From the NCBI GenBank assembly GCA_023475345.1, contig JAMCWD010000067.1, forward strand, positions 11,513-75,512: a DNA stretch of 64,000 bases, written 5' to 3'. Positions 1-9,076 of the stretch are shown here, piece after piece. Every line of letters begins with the position of its first letter. Positions within the stretch are counted from its first letter, which is position 1. The translations under genes were made by a program, and so were the position numbers. Source of the stretch: Chloroflexota bacterium (GTDB lineage Bacteria; Vulcanimicrobiota; JAMCWD01). Under the pieces are notes generated by a model. It was not told the origin of the DNA, ran no database searches, and saw only the letters and a list, made by a program, of their open reading frames with translations.

Positions 1-241
1 CCTCTGTTACAATCCCGGCCCGCTTGATGGAAAGGTCGAGCGTCGGAAGTTGGATGGGAGCGGACGAAATAGAAATAGGGCACTCCCCTGCCCCCAGTAA
101 AGAAAGCTCCAGGAACTGGCCCGGCTTATGGTTCCAGTCGGGGTCGGTGATATTGATCTCGAAAGTTTTTATATCGGGAGTTTCATCAGTAACTTTCATT
201 ATCTCGGCAGTGAAAGGGATATACGGGTTGTCCGCGCTCAT
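1..241 (-). CDS. flxA: FlxA/AsrB-like FAD/NAD(P)-binding oxidoreductase, 3' part outside window
   Basis: Not in ORF track. Manual translation from ATG at 241 (TGATG overlap with upstream stop): MSADNPYIPFTAEIMKVTDETPDIKTFEINITDPDWNHKPGQFLELSLLGAGECPISISS...SIKRAGIVTE, an FNR-type N-terminal FAD domain. Confidence 0.85.
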   Translation of the reverse strand, partial: MSADNPYIPFTAEIMKVTDETPDIKTFEINITDPDWNHKPGQFLELSLLGAGECPISISSAPIQLPTLDLSIKRAGIVTE

Positions 242-1281
242 CAGGGTTTCACCTCTTCATATTCCAGGAATTTCTTCAACGTCTCAAGCACGTCGTGGTG
301 TGACGGGCAGTAGCGAATACAACGGCCGCAGCCGGTACAGAAGATCATATCGTTCCTGGCCGGCGCGTCGGCGAACTTGTGTGACAGGCGGTGATAATGG
401 CGTTCCCCTTTTTCGGGCCTGGGGTCTATGCCGCCCGCCATTTTTGCGAACCGGCAATCCTGGCATGTGGCCCAGCAGCGGACCCTTTTGCCGCTTTTGC
501 CATCCGAGATATCCTGGACGGAAAAACACTGGCACGCCGGGCATAAAAACGAGCACACGCCGCATGAAACGCATCCTTCTCCCTCTTCCCGCCAGAAAGG
601 AGAAGACGGCGGAAGCTCCTTAAACTTTTCCGGCAAAAGCGAAAAATCTACAATACAACTCTGCGCCCCGACGGCTTTTTCCACCATCGCGTCTTTTGCC
701 TTCAACTGTTCGGCGTCAGGCTCTTTGAAAAGCTTTTTGCTTTCGCCGATTATTTTGTCTCCTTTTTCAGAAAGGGGATCAGCCAGGAAGCCGCCTTCGA
801 CAGGATAAAGCAGGATGTCGGCGCCTTTCGGCCCGGTCATCAGTTTCTGGACGCCTTCACAGAAGCAGGCGGGATGTGGCTCCGTACAGAAAAGCGAGAT
901 GATAAGCGCGTTCTTCCGCCTCTCCGTATAATACGGATCGGTATATTTGCCGGAAAAAGCCCTGTCCAACGCTTCAAGCCCGCAAGCGTCACACAGCCTC
1001 ACGCCGAATATGACAAGAGGCTCTTCAGGTTTGTTACGCTCGATATCGAAGCCGTTTTGCACAGTTTCGAAATTAAAAAGAGTCTCACTGTGCGGAAGGA
1101 AAAATTCCCTGATCGGCCTCACTGTATTCTGATAATCGAGAGTGATGTCTTCGAAATCCGGATCGGGCCTGAATGCGATGAAACCGTCTTTTTCTTTGAC
1201 CGGGGCTATCAAAGTCCCGTGTGACCGGAGTAGATCAAGCCAGTCTTTCAAAGATGCTGCGGGTAAAAATTTCATGTTCAT
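241..1281 (-). CDS. flxB: FlxB/AsrA-like 4Fe-4S dicluster protein
   Basis: GVRLCD, CxxPxxxCFC, CVSCGVCSFLCPACQC and CTGCGRCIRYCP motifs; ATG at 1281 overlaps the upstream stop (ATGA). Confidence 0.85.
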   Translation of the reverse strand: MNMKFLPAASLKDWLDLLRSHGTLIAPVKEKDGFIAFRPDPDFEDITLDYQNTVRPIREFFLPHSETLFNFETVQNGFDIERNKPEEPLVIFGVRLCDACGLEALDRAFSGKYTDPYYTERRKNALIISLFCTEPHPACFCEGVQKLMTGPKGADILLYPVEGGFLADPLSEKGDKIIGESKKLFKEPDAEQLKAKDAMVEKAVGAQSCIVDFSLLPEKFKELPPSSPFWREEGEGCVSCGVCSFLCPACQCFSVQDISDGKSGKRVRCWATCQDCRFAKMAGGIDPRPEKGERHYHRLSHKFADAPARNDMIFCTGCGRCIRYCPSHHDVLETLKKFLEYEEVKP

Positions 1282-2249
1282 AAGTTTCGGCCTCCCAGGC
1301 AGCTTTTGCATTCGGGATCTTCGAGCCTGTAGGTAAGCATGGCGGGCTGGGCTTCGGGATCAACGCCGGGATTATACCCGAAAAGCTCGTTAACTTCTTT
1401 GGCGGCCTTGTTATAAAGCAGTGAAAGCGGGATTCCCACAGGGCAGGCCCTTTCGCATTCACCGCATGAAACGCACCTGCCCGCAGAATGATAAATGCGG
1501 ATCAGATGTGCGAAAAGGTTTTCGACAGGATCTACTTCCGCGGTAACCCAGCGGGGCTTCGCCTCATCCATAACGCACTCTTCGCAAAAACACAGCGGGC
1601 ATGCCTGCCTGCAGGCGTTACAGCGAATACAACGGGAAAACATATCCAGCCAGAAAGCACGCTTTTCCCCAGGAGTCATCTTTTCAATCTCTTCGACACC
1701 GGGATAAGCAGGCGGCCCGGGTGCTTTCCCCGGCTCTCCCCCTCCAATCAGGTCATCGTAAAGATAAGGCGCATGGACGCTGCAGGAGCGGCATTTTTCC
1801 ATCATAGAATCTTCGGGCATCTCGAATTCGCCGGACGAAGTTATGACTTTGATCCTGCCGTCATCCTCGACGACATCTTTTATCTCGGCAGGCTTGAAGC
1901 GCGGATCGTGCTCCAGTGCGTCTCCCTTCAACACCCCGGCACACGTAACGCCGATGATGCGGACATCACCCCGCCCGATCTGATGCTCCTGCAAAAGATC
2001 CACAAGCGATCTCAGGTCACAGCCTTTAACTACAACGCCGACAGGCTTTGCGGCCTTCTTAATAAAACTGACAAGGTTCTGTCTTGAAAGCGGCGTGAAT
2101 ACAAGACTTGCGGCCTCCTCTGGATCTTTTATAATCGCAGGCTGGAGGTAAAAAGGGAACCGCCCTTTCTTATAGCCGATGATACTTTTCACCGCGCCTT
2201 CGGAAAGGAGTGTTTTTGCGGTTTCGCGGAGATTTTTCGATTTATCCAT
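1278..2249 (-). CDS. flxC: FlxC-like 4Fe-4S protein (FdhB/FrhB-related)
   Basis: KGCD motif, CIRCNACRQACPLCFC and AGRCVSCGECERACP; position in the hdr-flx order. Confidence 0.85.
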   Translation of the reverse strand: MDKSKNLRETAKTLLSEGAVKSIIGYKKGRFPFYLQPAIIKDPEEAASLVFTPLSRQNLVSFIKKAAKPVGVVVKGCDLRSLVDLLQEHQIGRGDVRIIGVTCAGVLKGDALEHDPRFKPAEIKDVVEDDGRIKVITSSGEFEMPEDSMMEKCRSCSVHAPYLYDDLIGGGEPGKAPGPPAYPGVEEIEKMTPGEKRAFWLDMFSRCIRCNACRQACPLCFCEECVMDEAKPRWVTAEVDPVENLFAHLIRIYHSAGRCVSCGECERACPVGIPLSLLYNKAAKEVNELFGYNPGVDPEAQPAMLTYRLEDPECKSCLGGRNL

Positions 2250-2706
2250 TTTTGTTTTCCTTGGGATTCAAAGGGCCTAATTTTTTCACCTGTCCGGTCA
2301 CCTCTGTTATGACATCGGCGAACCTGCGGGCCTCAGATGCGGAGCACCATTCCAGGCGGAACCTTTCAGGCTCGATCCCGATAAATTCCAGCAGCTCCTT
2401 CAGGACGTCAAGCCTCCGCCGGGCATAATAATTGCCCTCGCTGTAGTGGCAGTCGCCCGGATGGCAGCCTGCCACCAGGACCGCGTCGGCGCCTTTCCTG
2501 AAAGCGCGCAGGACATGGAGCGGGTTGACCCGCCCGGAACACGGGACCCTTATCACGCGGACATTGGGCGGGTATTCTATTCGGGACGACCCCGCAAGAT
2601 CGGCACCCGCATAACTACACCACCTGCATAAAAAGCCGACGATTTTCGGCTCCCACTCATGCTTTTCTGCATTTTCTGTTTTTTCTTTTTCTTCAGCCTT
2701 GCTCAT
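2242..2706 (-). CDS. flxD: FlxD/MvhD-type 2Fe-2S subunit
   Basis: GFLCRWCSYAGAD, RVPCSGRV, GCHPGDCHY and W-CSASE motifs of the MvhD family. Confidence 0.92.
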   Translation of the reverse strand: MSKAEEKEKTENAEKHEWEPKIVGFLCRWCSYAGADLAGSSRIEYPPNVRVIRVPCSGRVNPLHVLRAFRKGADAVLVAGCHPGDCHYSEGNYYARRRLDVLKELLEFIGIEPERFRLEWCSASEARRFADVITEVTGQVKKLGPLNPKENKNG

Positions 2707-2715
2707 CAATTAACC

Positions 2716-4686
2716 TCATAACAAAGCAGCATCTACCTGGCATGCTATCTGCTCGTTGGTATATCCCAGCAGGTCTATCACCCCGGCATTGCACGCCGCG
2801 GCACACGCCCCGCATCCCTGGCAAACTCCAGGGTTGACCCGCGCCACTTCACGTATCCCGCCGGATTTATTTTTTACTTCTTCCATCGTAACCGCGCTAT
2901 ACGGGCAGACCGAAAGGCACGCCATGCAGCCGGAACACCTGGACTCATCGACCTTCGCCACGGTCGGGAGGCTTGCAAGCTCAGGCTTCCCGAAAAGCGC
3001 CAGCGCTTTGGCGGCGGATGCGCTCGCCGATGCGACACAATCCGGGATGTCCCTGGGGAACTGGCACGCCCCGGCAAGGAATATCCCGCCTGTCATAGTC
3101 TCAACGGGACGTAGCTTGGCATGGGCCTCGCTGAAGAAATTATACTGATCTGTCTGAATGCCCAGCATCCGGGCAAGGTCTTTTGCATCGGCCCTGGCCT
3201 CTGCTCCCGCCGCAAGCACCACAAGGTCCGCCGCTATTTCCACAGGTCTGCCTAAAATAGTATCCGAACCTTCCACTATCAACTTATCGCCGCTCGGATA
3301 AATCTTGGAGACTCTGCCTCTTATATACTCGGCGTTGTAATCTTCAATGGCGCGCCTGCAGAACTCCTCGTAATTCTTGCCCGCAGTCCTGATGTCCATG
3401 AAAAATACGAAGATCCGGGCGTTCGGAAATTTCTCCCGCACAAGGATCGTCTGCTTGGCGGTGTACATGCAGCAGATCCGGGAACAGTACGGCCGCCCCA
3501 TCTTGTCGTCCCGCGACCCCACACACTGGATGAATACTATCGTCTCAGGCTCTTTCCCGTCCGAAGGCCGTCTTAATTTGCCCTGTGTCGGCCCCGATGC
3601 GTTTATCAGCCGCTCGAATTGTAGTGATGTGATCATGTCCGGGTGAGCGCCGCCGGCGTATTCTTCGTACCTTTTCGTATCGAAAAGATCGAAGCCTGTA
3701 GCCACGATTATCGCGCCGACTTTTTCGGTTATGACCTCGTCTTCCTGATTGTAAACCACGGCTTCTGCCGGGCACATCTTCGCACAGATCCCGCACTTGC
3801 CTTTCGTGAAATGGAGGCACACTTCCCTGTCTATGACAGGCTTGTTGGGGACGGCCTGGGGGAACGGCACGTATATGGCTTTGCGCTCGCCGGTGCCTTC
3901 TTCAAATTTGTTGGGCACTTTTACAGGGCACTTCTCATAGCAAACCCCGCAGCCGGTACACTTGCTCATATCTATGGAGCGGGCCTTTTTCCTGATCGTA
4001 ACTTCGAAGTTGCCGATGAAGCCCGCGACATTTTCGACTTCGGCATAAGTATGGATCGTTATGTTCGGGTTCCTGGCGGCTTCCACCATTTTCGGCGTGA
4101 GGATACAGGCGGAGCAGTCCAGCGTGGGGAAAGTCTTGTCAAGCTGTGCCATCCTCCCACCTATCGACGGCTCCCGCTCGACGAGTATCACCGGGAAACC
4201 GGCCTCAGCTATATCGAGCGCGGCCTGGATCCCCGATATGCCGCCGCCTATAACCAGCGCCTTTTTCGTTATCGGGAGAGATTGGGAAGCAAGCGGCTCG
4301 CTCTTTCCAGCCTTTGCAACCGCCATCCGGACGGCCTGGATGGCTTTTTCCGTGGCCATTTCCCTGTCATGCGTAACCCATGATACCTGCTCCCGCAAAT
4401 TCGCCATCTCGAAAAAGTACGGGTTCAGATCAGCCTTGGCGACACATGCCTGAAACGTCGGCTCGTGAAGGCTCGGCGAACATGCTCCCACAACTATGCG
4501 ATCCAGGTTGTATTCCCTGATCGCATCCAGGATCATGTTCTGGCCGGGGTCAGAGCACATGTACTTGTAGTCGGCTGCGAAAACCACGCCGGGGAACGAG
4601 CGGGCGGCTTCGGCGACCTTAGCGGTATCGACCGTCTTTTCGATATTGATGCCGCAGTGACATATAAACACTCCGATGCGCGGCAT
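2716..4686 (-). CDS. hdrA: Heterodisulfide reductase subunit A
   Basis: MPRIGVFICHCG start, GACSP, GGGISG FAD loop, LDKTFPTLDCSAC, QCVGSRD and YCSRICC motifs, several ferredoxin motifs. Confidence 0.95.
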   Translation of the reverse strand: MPRIGVFICHCGINIEKTVDTAKVAEAARSFPGVVFAADYKYMCSDPGQNMILDAIREYNLDRIVVGACSPSLHEPTFQACVAKADLNPYFFEMANLREQVSWVTHDREMATEKAIQAVRMAVAKAGKSEPLASQSLPITKKALVIGGGISGIQAALDIAEAGFPVILVEREPSIGGRMAQLDKTFPTLDCSACILTPKMVEAARNPNITIHTYAEVENVAGFIGNFEVTIRKKARSIDMSKCTGCGVCYEKCPVKVPNKFEEGTGERKAIYVPFPQAVPNKPVIDREVCLHFTKGKCGICAKMCPAEAVVYNQEDEVITEKVGAIIVATGFDLFDTKRYEEYAGGAHPDMITSLQFERLINASGPTQGKLRRPSDGKEPETIVFIQCVGSRDDKMGRPYCSRICCMYTAKQTILVREKFPNARIFVFFMDIRTAGKNYEEFCRRAIEDYNAEYIRGRVSKIYPSGDKLIVEGSDTILGRPVEIAADLVVLAAGAEARADAKDLARMLGIQTDQYNFFSEAHAKLRPVETMTGGIFLAGACQFPRDIPDCVASASASAAKALALFGKPELASLPTVAKVDESRCSGCMACLSVCPYSAVTMEEVKNKSGGIREVARVNPGVCQGCGACAAACNAGVIDLLGYTNEQIACQVDAALL

Positions 4687-4687
4687 T

Positions 4688-5584
4688 TTACTCGCCCCCT
4701 TTCCCGGCGGATGCGCCCAGGACATGATCAAGGAGCGGGCCGACATCTATCGTATGCTTGTCGAAGCCGAGCTTTTTTCGCGGGATGCCCAGTGCAAGGG
4801 CCAGTATCTCAGAAAAGTAAAATGCAGGCATCGGAGGCGCAGTCTCATTTACAACCTTCCGCGCCTGGGGCTGGCGGAGATCCAGGTTGGTAAAGCAGAG
4901 CGGACATGTTGTAACGATACAATTGGCGCCTGCATCCCTTGCCATCTTGATAAGCTTCGCGTTCATTGCCAGCACTATATCCGTCCGGGACAGGCTCAAC
5001 GCGGCCCCACAGCACTCGGTCTTGTGGTACCAGCGGACAGGTTCCGCGCCTGTAAGCGACATCAAATTATCCATCGCCATGGGGTTTTCGGGATGCTCCT
5101 CCCCGACAAGGCCCGACGGCCTTGCAATCAGGCACCCGTAATAACACGCGGGTTTCAGCCCTTCGAGACGCACCTTGATTTTTCCGGCGATTTCATCCTT
5201 CGGTATATCGGCTATCACCCGGAGGAGACTCAAAACTTTGACTGCGTCGGGAGACGAGATCCCAAGCTCCGGCATGAGGCGGGATGCCATCTCTTTATCT
5301 TCTTTCAGGATCTCCTGCGCGGTAACGAGTCGGGAAAAACACGCAGCGCATGCGGCGGTTACCGTATCCAGGCCCATTTTTTCGACGGTGCCGAGAGTCC
5401 GGCCCGGCAGCATTACCGAAAGTTCCTTATCGGTGCTGTGGCCCGAAGTGGCCCCGCAGCAGTTCCAGTCTTCCACTTCGACAAGCTCAATGCCCAGTTC
5501 CCTTGCCGCAAGACGACTTGCCTCGTCGTATTCGGCATCCATCCCGGCAAGACTACAACCCGGGAAGTAAGCAATCTTTTTCAA
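4688..5584 (-). CDS. hdrB: Heterodisulfide reductase subunit B
   Basis: YFPGCSL, DWNCCGA, ACAAC, YYGC, ECCGA and TCPLC (two CCG domains). Confidence 0.93.
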   Translation of the reverse strand: MKKIAYFPGCSLAGMDAEYDEASRLAARELGIELVEVEDWNCCGATSGHSTDKELSVMLPGRTLGTVEKMGLDTVTAACAACFSRLVTAQEILKEDKEMASRLMPELGISSPDAVKVLSLLRVIADIPKDEIAGKIKVRLEGLKPACYYGCLIARPSGLVGEEHPENPMAMDNLMSLTGAEPVRWYHKTECCGAALSLSRTDIVLAMNAKLIKMARDAGANCIVTTCPLCFTNLDLRQPQARKVVNETAPPMPAFYFSEILALALGIPRKKLGFDKHTIDVGPLLDHVLGASAGKGGE

Positions 5585-6132
5585 TTCTTCTTCAACCTCC
5601 CGGAGATAAGCTTGAGAAACCCGGCGTCCTTGATGCGGCCGGGCAGGAGCTTGAGCCTCCCCTTGAGGAAAAGCCCCACTCCCAGCATGGCATCCTTGAA
5701 AGGCTTGAATGTGAAAACATTCTGGAGGGCTGTCAGCATGACCTCGTGGAGCCTCCCGTTCATGGTGATGACACCCATGAAATTTTTATGGAAGGTCGCT
5801 ACATCGGGTTCGGCGGGCTTTACGCCTTCTTTGACGGCTTCCCGGCGGAGCGCATCGGCAACTTCGGATACGCTTATCTCCCTGGGGCACCGCTCCCGAC
5901 ATGCCATACAATTGACGCACAGCCAGATAAAGTGAGAATTCAGGAGGTCGTCCTTCAGCCCCCACTGGAGGGAGCGCATGACCTCATGGGGCATGATGTC
6001 GAAGAACCCGGCTATGGGACAGCCTGCGGTACACTTCCCGCACTGGTTGCATGCGGTCAGGTTCTGTCCGCTTTCCTTTTCTATTTTTTCAAGGAATTGC
6101 TTGTCTGTTTTTTCAGGGGTTATAATATTCAT
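5581..6132 (-). CDS. hdrC: Heterodisulfide reductase subunit C
   Basis: CNQCGKCTAGCP and WLCVNCMACRERCP, GRLHE; overlaps hdrB start. Confidence 0.92.
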   Translation of the reverse strand: MNIITPEKTDKQFLEKIEKESGQNLTACNQCGKCTAGCPIAGFFDIMPHEVMRSLQWGLKDDLLNSHFIWLCVNCMACRERCPREISVSEVADALRREAVKEGVKPAEPDVATFHKNFMGVITMNGRLHEVMLTALQNVFTFKPFKDAMLGVGLFLKGRLKLLPGRIKDAGFLKLISGRLKKN

Positions 6133-6229
6133 TGTAATAAAGGCAGGGTTTCTGGATTAAGGATAAACTTCCTTCTCTTTCAGGACGCGATCTGGGAAGG
6201 ATGGGTGCTTCGATGGTCTATAAACTCAT

Positions 6230-6949
6230 TTAAGATAATTCTTCTAATTGCTTTCTCTTTTGCTCACATTTTTCTTTGAAATGTTCCAAAAAGTTGTCAT
6301 CAATCCCATAAGATTCAATAACTTGCACACAATGCAAATTCGAACCAACAGCAATTTTAAGTGTTTTCCAATAAGTATTGTTATCGATAAGTACTTTGGT
6401 TTTTGCTTTACTTCTAATTATTGTGTCTATGTATCTAGAATCATCAAGATCGAGTAAACTATATTTTTGTTCAACAATTTCAATTATTTTTTCCATTTTG
6501 GGTAAAATTTGTGTTCTATATAATTCAAAACTCTTTCCCTCAATATTTGATAATTCTTCTTTAAGTCTTTCTTTTATATCTTCATTGTTAATTTTGTCTA
6601 AGAATTGATAAGTCATTTGTTCTCTTGTTATTTCACCTCTTTGTCTCCTTGATAAAAGCTCCTGTATATACTCCTCAGAAATTCCAAACTCTTTTACTTT
6701 TTCTACAAAAGGTTCATAGAAAATTTCAATAAAACCAATACTTGTTCCGAATAATTCATTTAAAAAAAACGTTACAGGGGCATATAATTCATCAATCTGT
6801 TGCCTTAGTCTTGCTGCTTTTCGTTCTATTTTTTTACTTCGGGATGTAAAATAATAAGTAATACAAGCAACTATTATAGCGGTTATTATATTTGGCACTG
6901 AAATAATTTTTTGAAAATAATCTATCATATAATTCACATAATTATACAT
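6230..6949 (-). CDS. AT-rich hypothetical protein with N-terminal hydrophobic segment
   Basis: 239-aa ORF in DNA far more AT-rich than its flanks; hydrophobic stretch IISVPNIITAIIVACITYYF followed by a basic patch. Confidence 0.65.
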   Translation of the reverse strand: MYNYVNYMIDYFQKIISVPNIITAIIVACITYYFTSRSKKIERKAARLRQQIDELYAPVTFFLNELFGTSIGFIEIFYEPFVEKVKEFGISEEYIQELLSRRQRGEITREQMTYQFLDKINNEDIKERLKEELSNIEGKSFELYRTQILPKMEKIIEIVEQKYSLLDLDDSRYIDTIIRSKAKTKVLIDNNTYWKTLKIAVGSNLHCVQVIESYGIDDNFLEHFKEKCEQKRKQLEELS

Positions 6950-7067
6950 TTACAAATCCTTTTTGTTAATTCATCTCCATGTCCTATTATCCTCTATTTT
7001 ATTCAGAGCCTCAACAGGTATCATCTTCGTTTGGCTACCGTGAGGGTTTGAGACTTAAGCTCACATC

Positions 7068-8103
7068 ACTGCACTGGATTCCTGCCTTAGAGGCTGTCTT
7101 TCGTAGCCCAAAACTATGTGGACCCTTTGGGGTCAGGTCTTGAATCTTGAATTGGCTCTCCTCCCTCTTCATCCGCACGCTCGCCGTCATTCTGATAATC
7201 CTCAAGATCCTCCCCCGCATGGCACGCACAATGCTCATAAACCACCCTGTTATCTTTACAAGCTACAGTCATAAGGGAGGATTCGGGGAGGGGATGCATG
7301 ATCCTGCCGATGATCTTAAATAACATTATCATGCCGGGCATATCCTCTTTCCCCTGTATCCATAAAACAGGGGGAAAAACAAATCAGGCGTTATAGAAAT
7401 TCCCCCTGTAAAAATATTGACAATAGTCAGGGCAGTTGATTCGGGCCCATTTTATTGGGCCTCTTACAGGCTGGAGCTTACGTTACTGCACTGGATTCCT
7501 GCCTCCTCGGGAATGACGGACAGGGCAGGGATGACGGGGGAAGCAGGTTCAGAGTTTGTGCTATTCATCGAAGCCTGCACCCCTGCTCTGGATGCCAGCC
7601 TTCGCTGGCATGACGGTTAGAGATGGAATGACGACAGCCAGGACAGGAAGGAGGGGCGAGGCGCAGGAAGGCGGGGATTCAATGGCACTGCCGGAAACTT
7701 CCGGTTTATCTTTACAAGCTACAGACATAAGGAAGGATTCGGAGAGGGAGAAGCATGATCCTGCCGATGAGCTTAAATAACATTGTGTTTGCCTGAAAAG
7801 CCAGATCCAGAGTTTGTGCGGTTCATCAAACTCGTGGAGCGGAATAAATTCCGCAGTTCCAGTGTTATCTTCTTCCTCCTCCTGGATCGGGCCAAATTTA
7901 TTTGGCCTTATAACGCACTACAATAAAGGTTGCCTGGAATTAAATGCGAGGTTCCCTTGCGCGGCAACCCCGCGCTGATCATCCCCGGTGTGTCCGTGGG
8001 AGGGGAATTTCATGGAGTCGAAACTTTTTTTCACAGGGATTTACAAATCAGGCGTTATAGAAATTTCCCCTTATAAATGTTGACAATAGCCGGGGCAGTT
8101 GAT
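7068..8103. repeat. Mosaic of duplicated short modules and REP-like palindromes
   Basis: Pairs seen directly: 7250-7327/7706-7784; about 7378-7440/8041-8103; 7068-7087/7485-7504; 7551-7572/7809-7830; 7441-7466/7887-7912; hairpins CTGGATTCCTGCC..GGAATGAC and CTGGATGCCAGC..GCTGGCATGAC. Confidence 0.85.
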
Positions 8104-8108
8104 ATACT
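8080..8108 (+). promoter_or_regulatory. Sigma70-type promoter of the infC operon
   Basis: TTGACA (8080-8085), 17-bp spacer, TGn-extended TATACT (8103-8108). Confidence 0.8.
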
Positions 8109-8124
8109 GAACTATGTTTTAAAA

Positions 8125-8237
8125 ACTGAATAAAAGAAGGGGAGAAATCCCCTCACCTGCCGGCTCCGTGCTGTCAGGTTTATTCAAACCGGATAAACCT
8201 GTTTTTTATTAGCGGAGCCTGGCTCCGTTTTTTAATG
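8125..8237 (+). promoter_or_regulatory. Probable L20 ribosomal protein leader (attenuator)
   Basis: Lies between the promoter and infC-rpmI-rplT; AGAAG...CTCACCTG...CAGGT core followed by hairpin GCGGAGCCTGGCTCCGT and a T run, like the Firmicutes L20 leader. Confidence 0.6.
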
Positions 8238-8256
8238 TTATTTGGAGGTGATGTTT

Positions 8257-8862
8257 ATTTCCAGAAAATTCAGGGTCAACCAGATGATCCGCACACCGAA
8301 GGTGAGAGTTATCGACTATGAAGGGAACCAGTTGGGGATTCTGACGATAAACGAAGCTCTTACCAAGGCCGCGGAAGATGCCCTCGACCTGGTCGAGGTT
8401 TCTCCCAATGCCGACCCCCCGGTCTGCCGCATACTCGATTACGGAAAATTCAAATACGAGCAGAGCAAAAAAGACCGGGAAGCAAAATCCAAGAGAAAAT
8501 GCCAGGAACTGAAAGAAGTCAAGTTCCGCCTCAAGATAGACACGCATGATTACGAGACCAAGGTCCGGATCATAAAAAGGCTTCTTGAGCACGGGGACAA
8601 AGTCAAAGTTACGATCATGTTCCGGGGAAGAGAACTGTCATACACCACCCAGGGTCTGAAAATACTGGCAAGGGTAGCCAAGGACCTGAACGAGATCGCG
8701 GTCGTCGAGCATAAGCCCAAGAAAGAGGGCCGCAACATGCACATGATAATCGCTCCCCGTCCCGGCGGAAAACACACTGAAACAAGAGAAGAAGCAACAC
8801 AACCGGATAATGAGAAAGGAGCTGGATTCGATGCCGAAGATGAAGAGCAAGAGCTCTCTTAA
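8257..8862 (+). CDS. infC: Translation initiation factor IF-3 (probable ATT start)
   Basis: RVNQMIR..VRVID, LDLVEVSPNADPPVCRILDYGKFKYE, KEVKFR, FRGRE; SD GGAGGTG is 6 nt before an in-frame ATT. Confidence 0.95.
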   Translation: MSRKFRVNQMIRTPKVRVIDYEGNQLGILTINEALTKAAEDALDLVEVSPNADPPVCRILDYGKFKYEQSKKDREAKSKRKCQELKEVKFRLKIDTHDYETKVRIIKRLLEHGDKVKVTIMFRGRELSYTTQGLKILARVAKDLNEIAVVEHKPKKEGRNMHMIIAPRPGGKHTETREEATQPDNEKGAGFDAEDEEQELS

Positions 8863-9034
8863 AAAGCGTATCAAGATCACAGGCACCGGCAAAGTAAAAC
8901 ACATGAAGATGTTTGTCGGTTGTAAGCACATAAGAAGCAGCAAATCACCAAAGCAGGTACGCAGTTATCGTAAAGACGCGGTGATTTCTCCGACAGATCT
9001 CAAAAGATTGAAAAAAGCTATTCCGGGAATTTAA
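8831..9034 (+). CDS. rpmI: 50S ribosomal protein L35
   Basis: MPKMKSKSSLKKRIKITGTGK; lies between infC and rplT. Confidence 0.93.
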   Translation: MPKMKSKSSLKKRIKITGTGKVKHMKMFVGCKHIRSSKSPKQVRSYRKDAVISPTDLKRLKKAIPGI

Positions 9035-9076
9035 ATATCCTGCAGACAAAAGATAGATTAAGGAGGAAAAATCGCC

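Noticed and set aside
24-623. 199-aa plus-strand ORF
   Set aside because: Antisense to flxB and flxA, which have clear family motifs
2242-4686. Selenocysteine in HdrA or FlxD/MvhD
   Set aside because: The frames are open with Cys at the usual Sec positions
4676-6279. Long plus-strand ORFs (419 aa and 309 aa)
   Set aside because: Antisense shadows of hdrB/hdrC with no recognisable motifs
7035-7780. Short ORFs of 67-75 aa in the repeat region
   Set aside because: They are translations of REP-like and duplicated modules with no convincing SD or protein features
7068-8103. Possible CRISPR array
   Set aside because: Modules occur only twice, differ in length and spacing, and no cas genes are present
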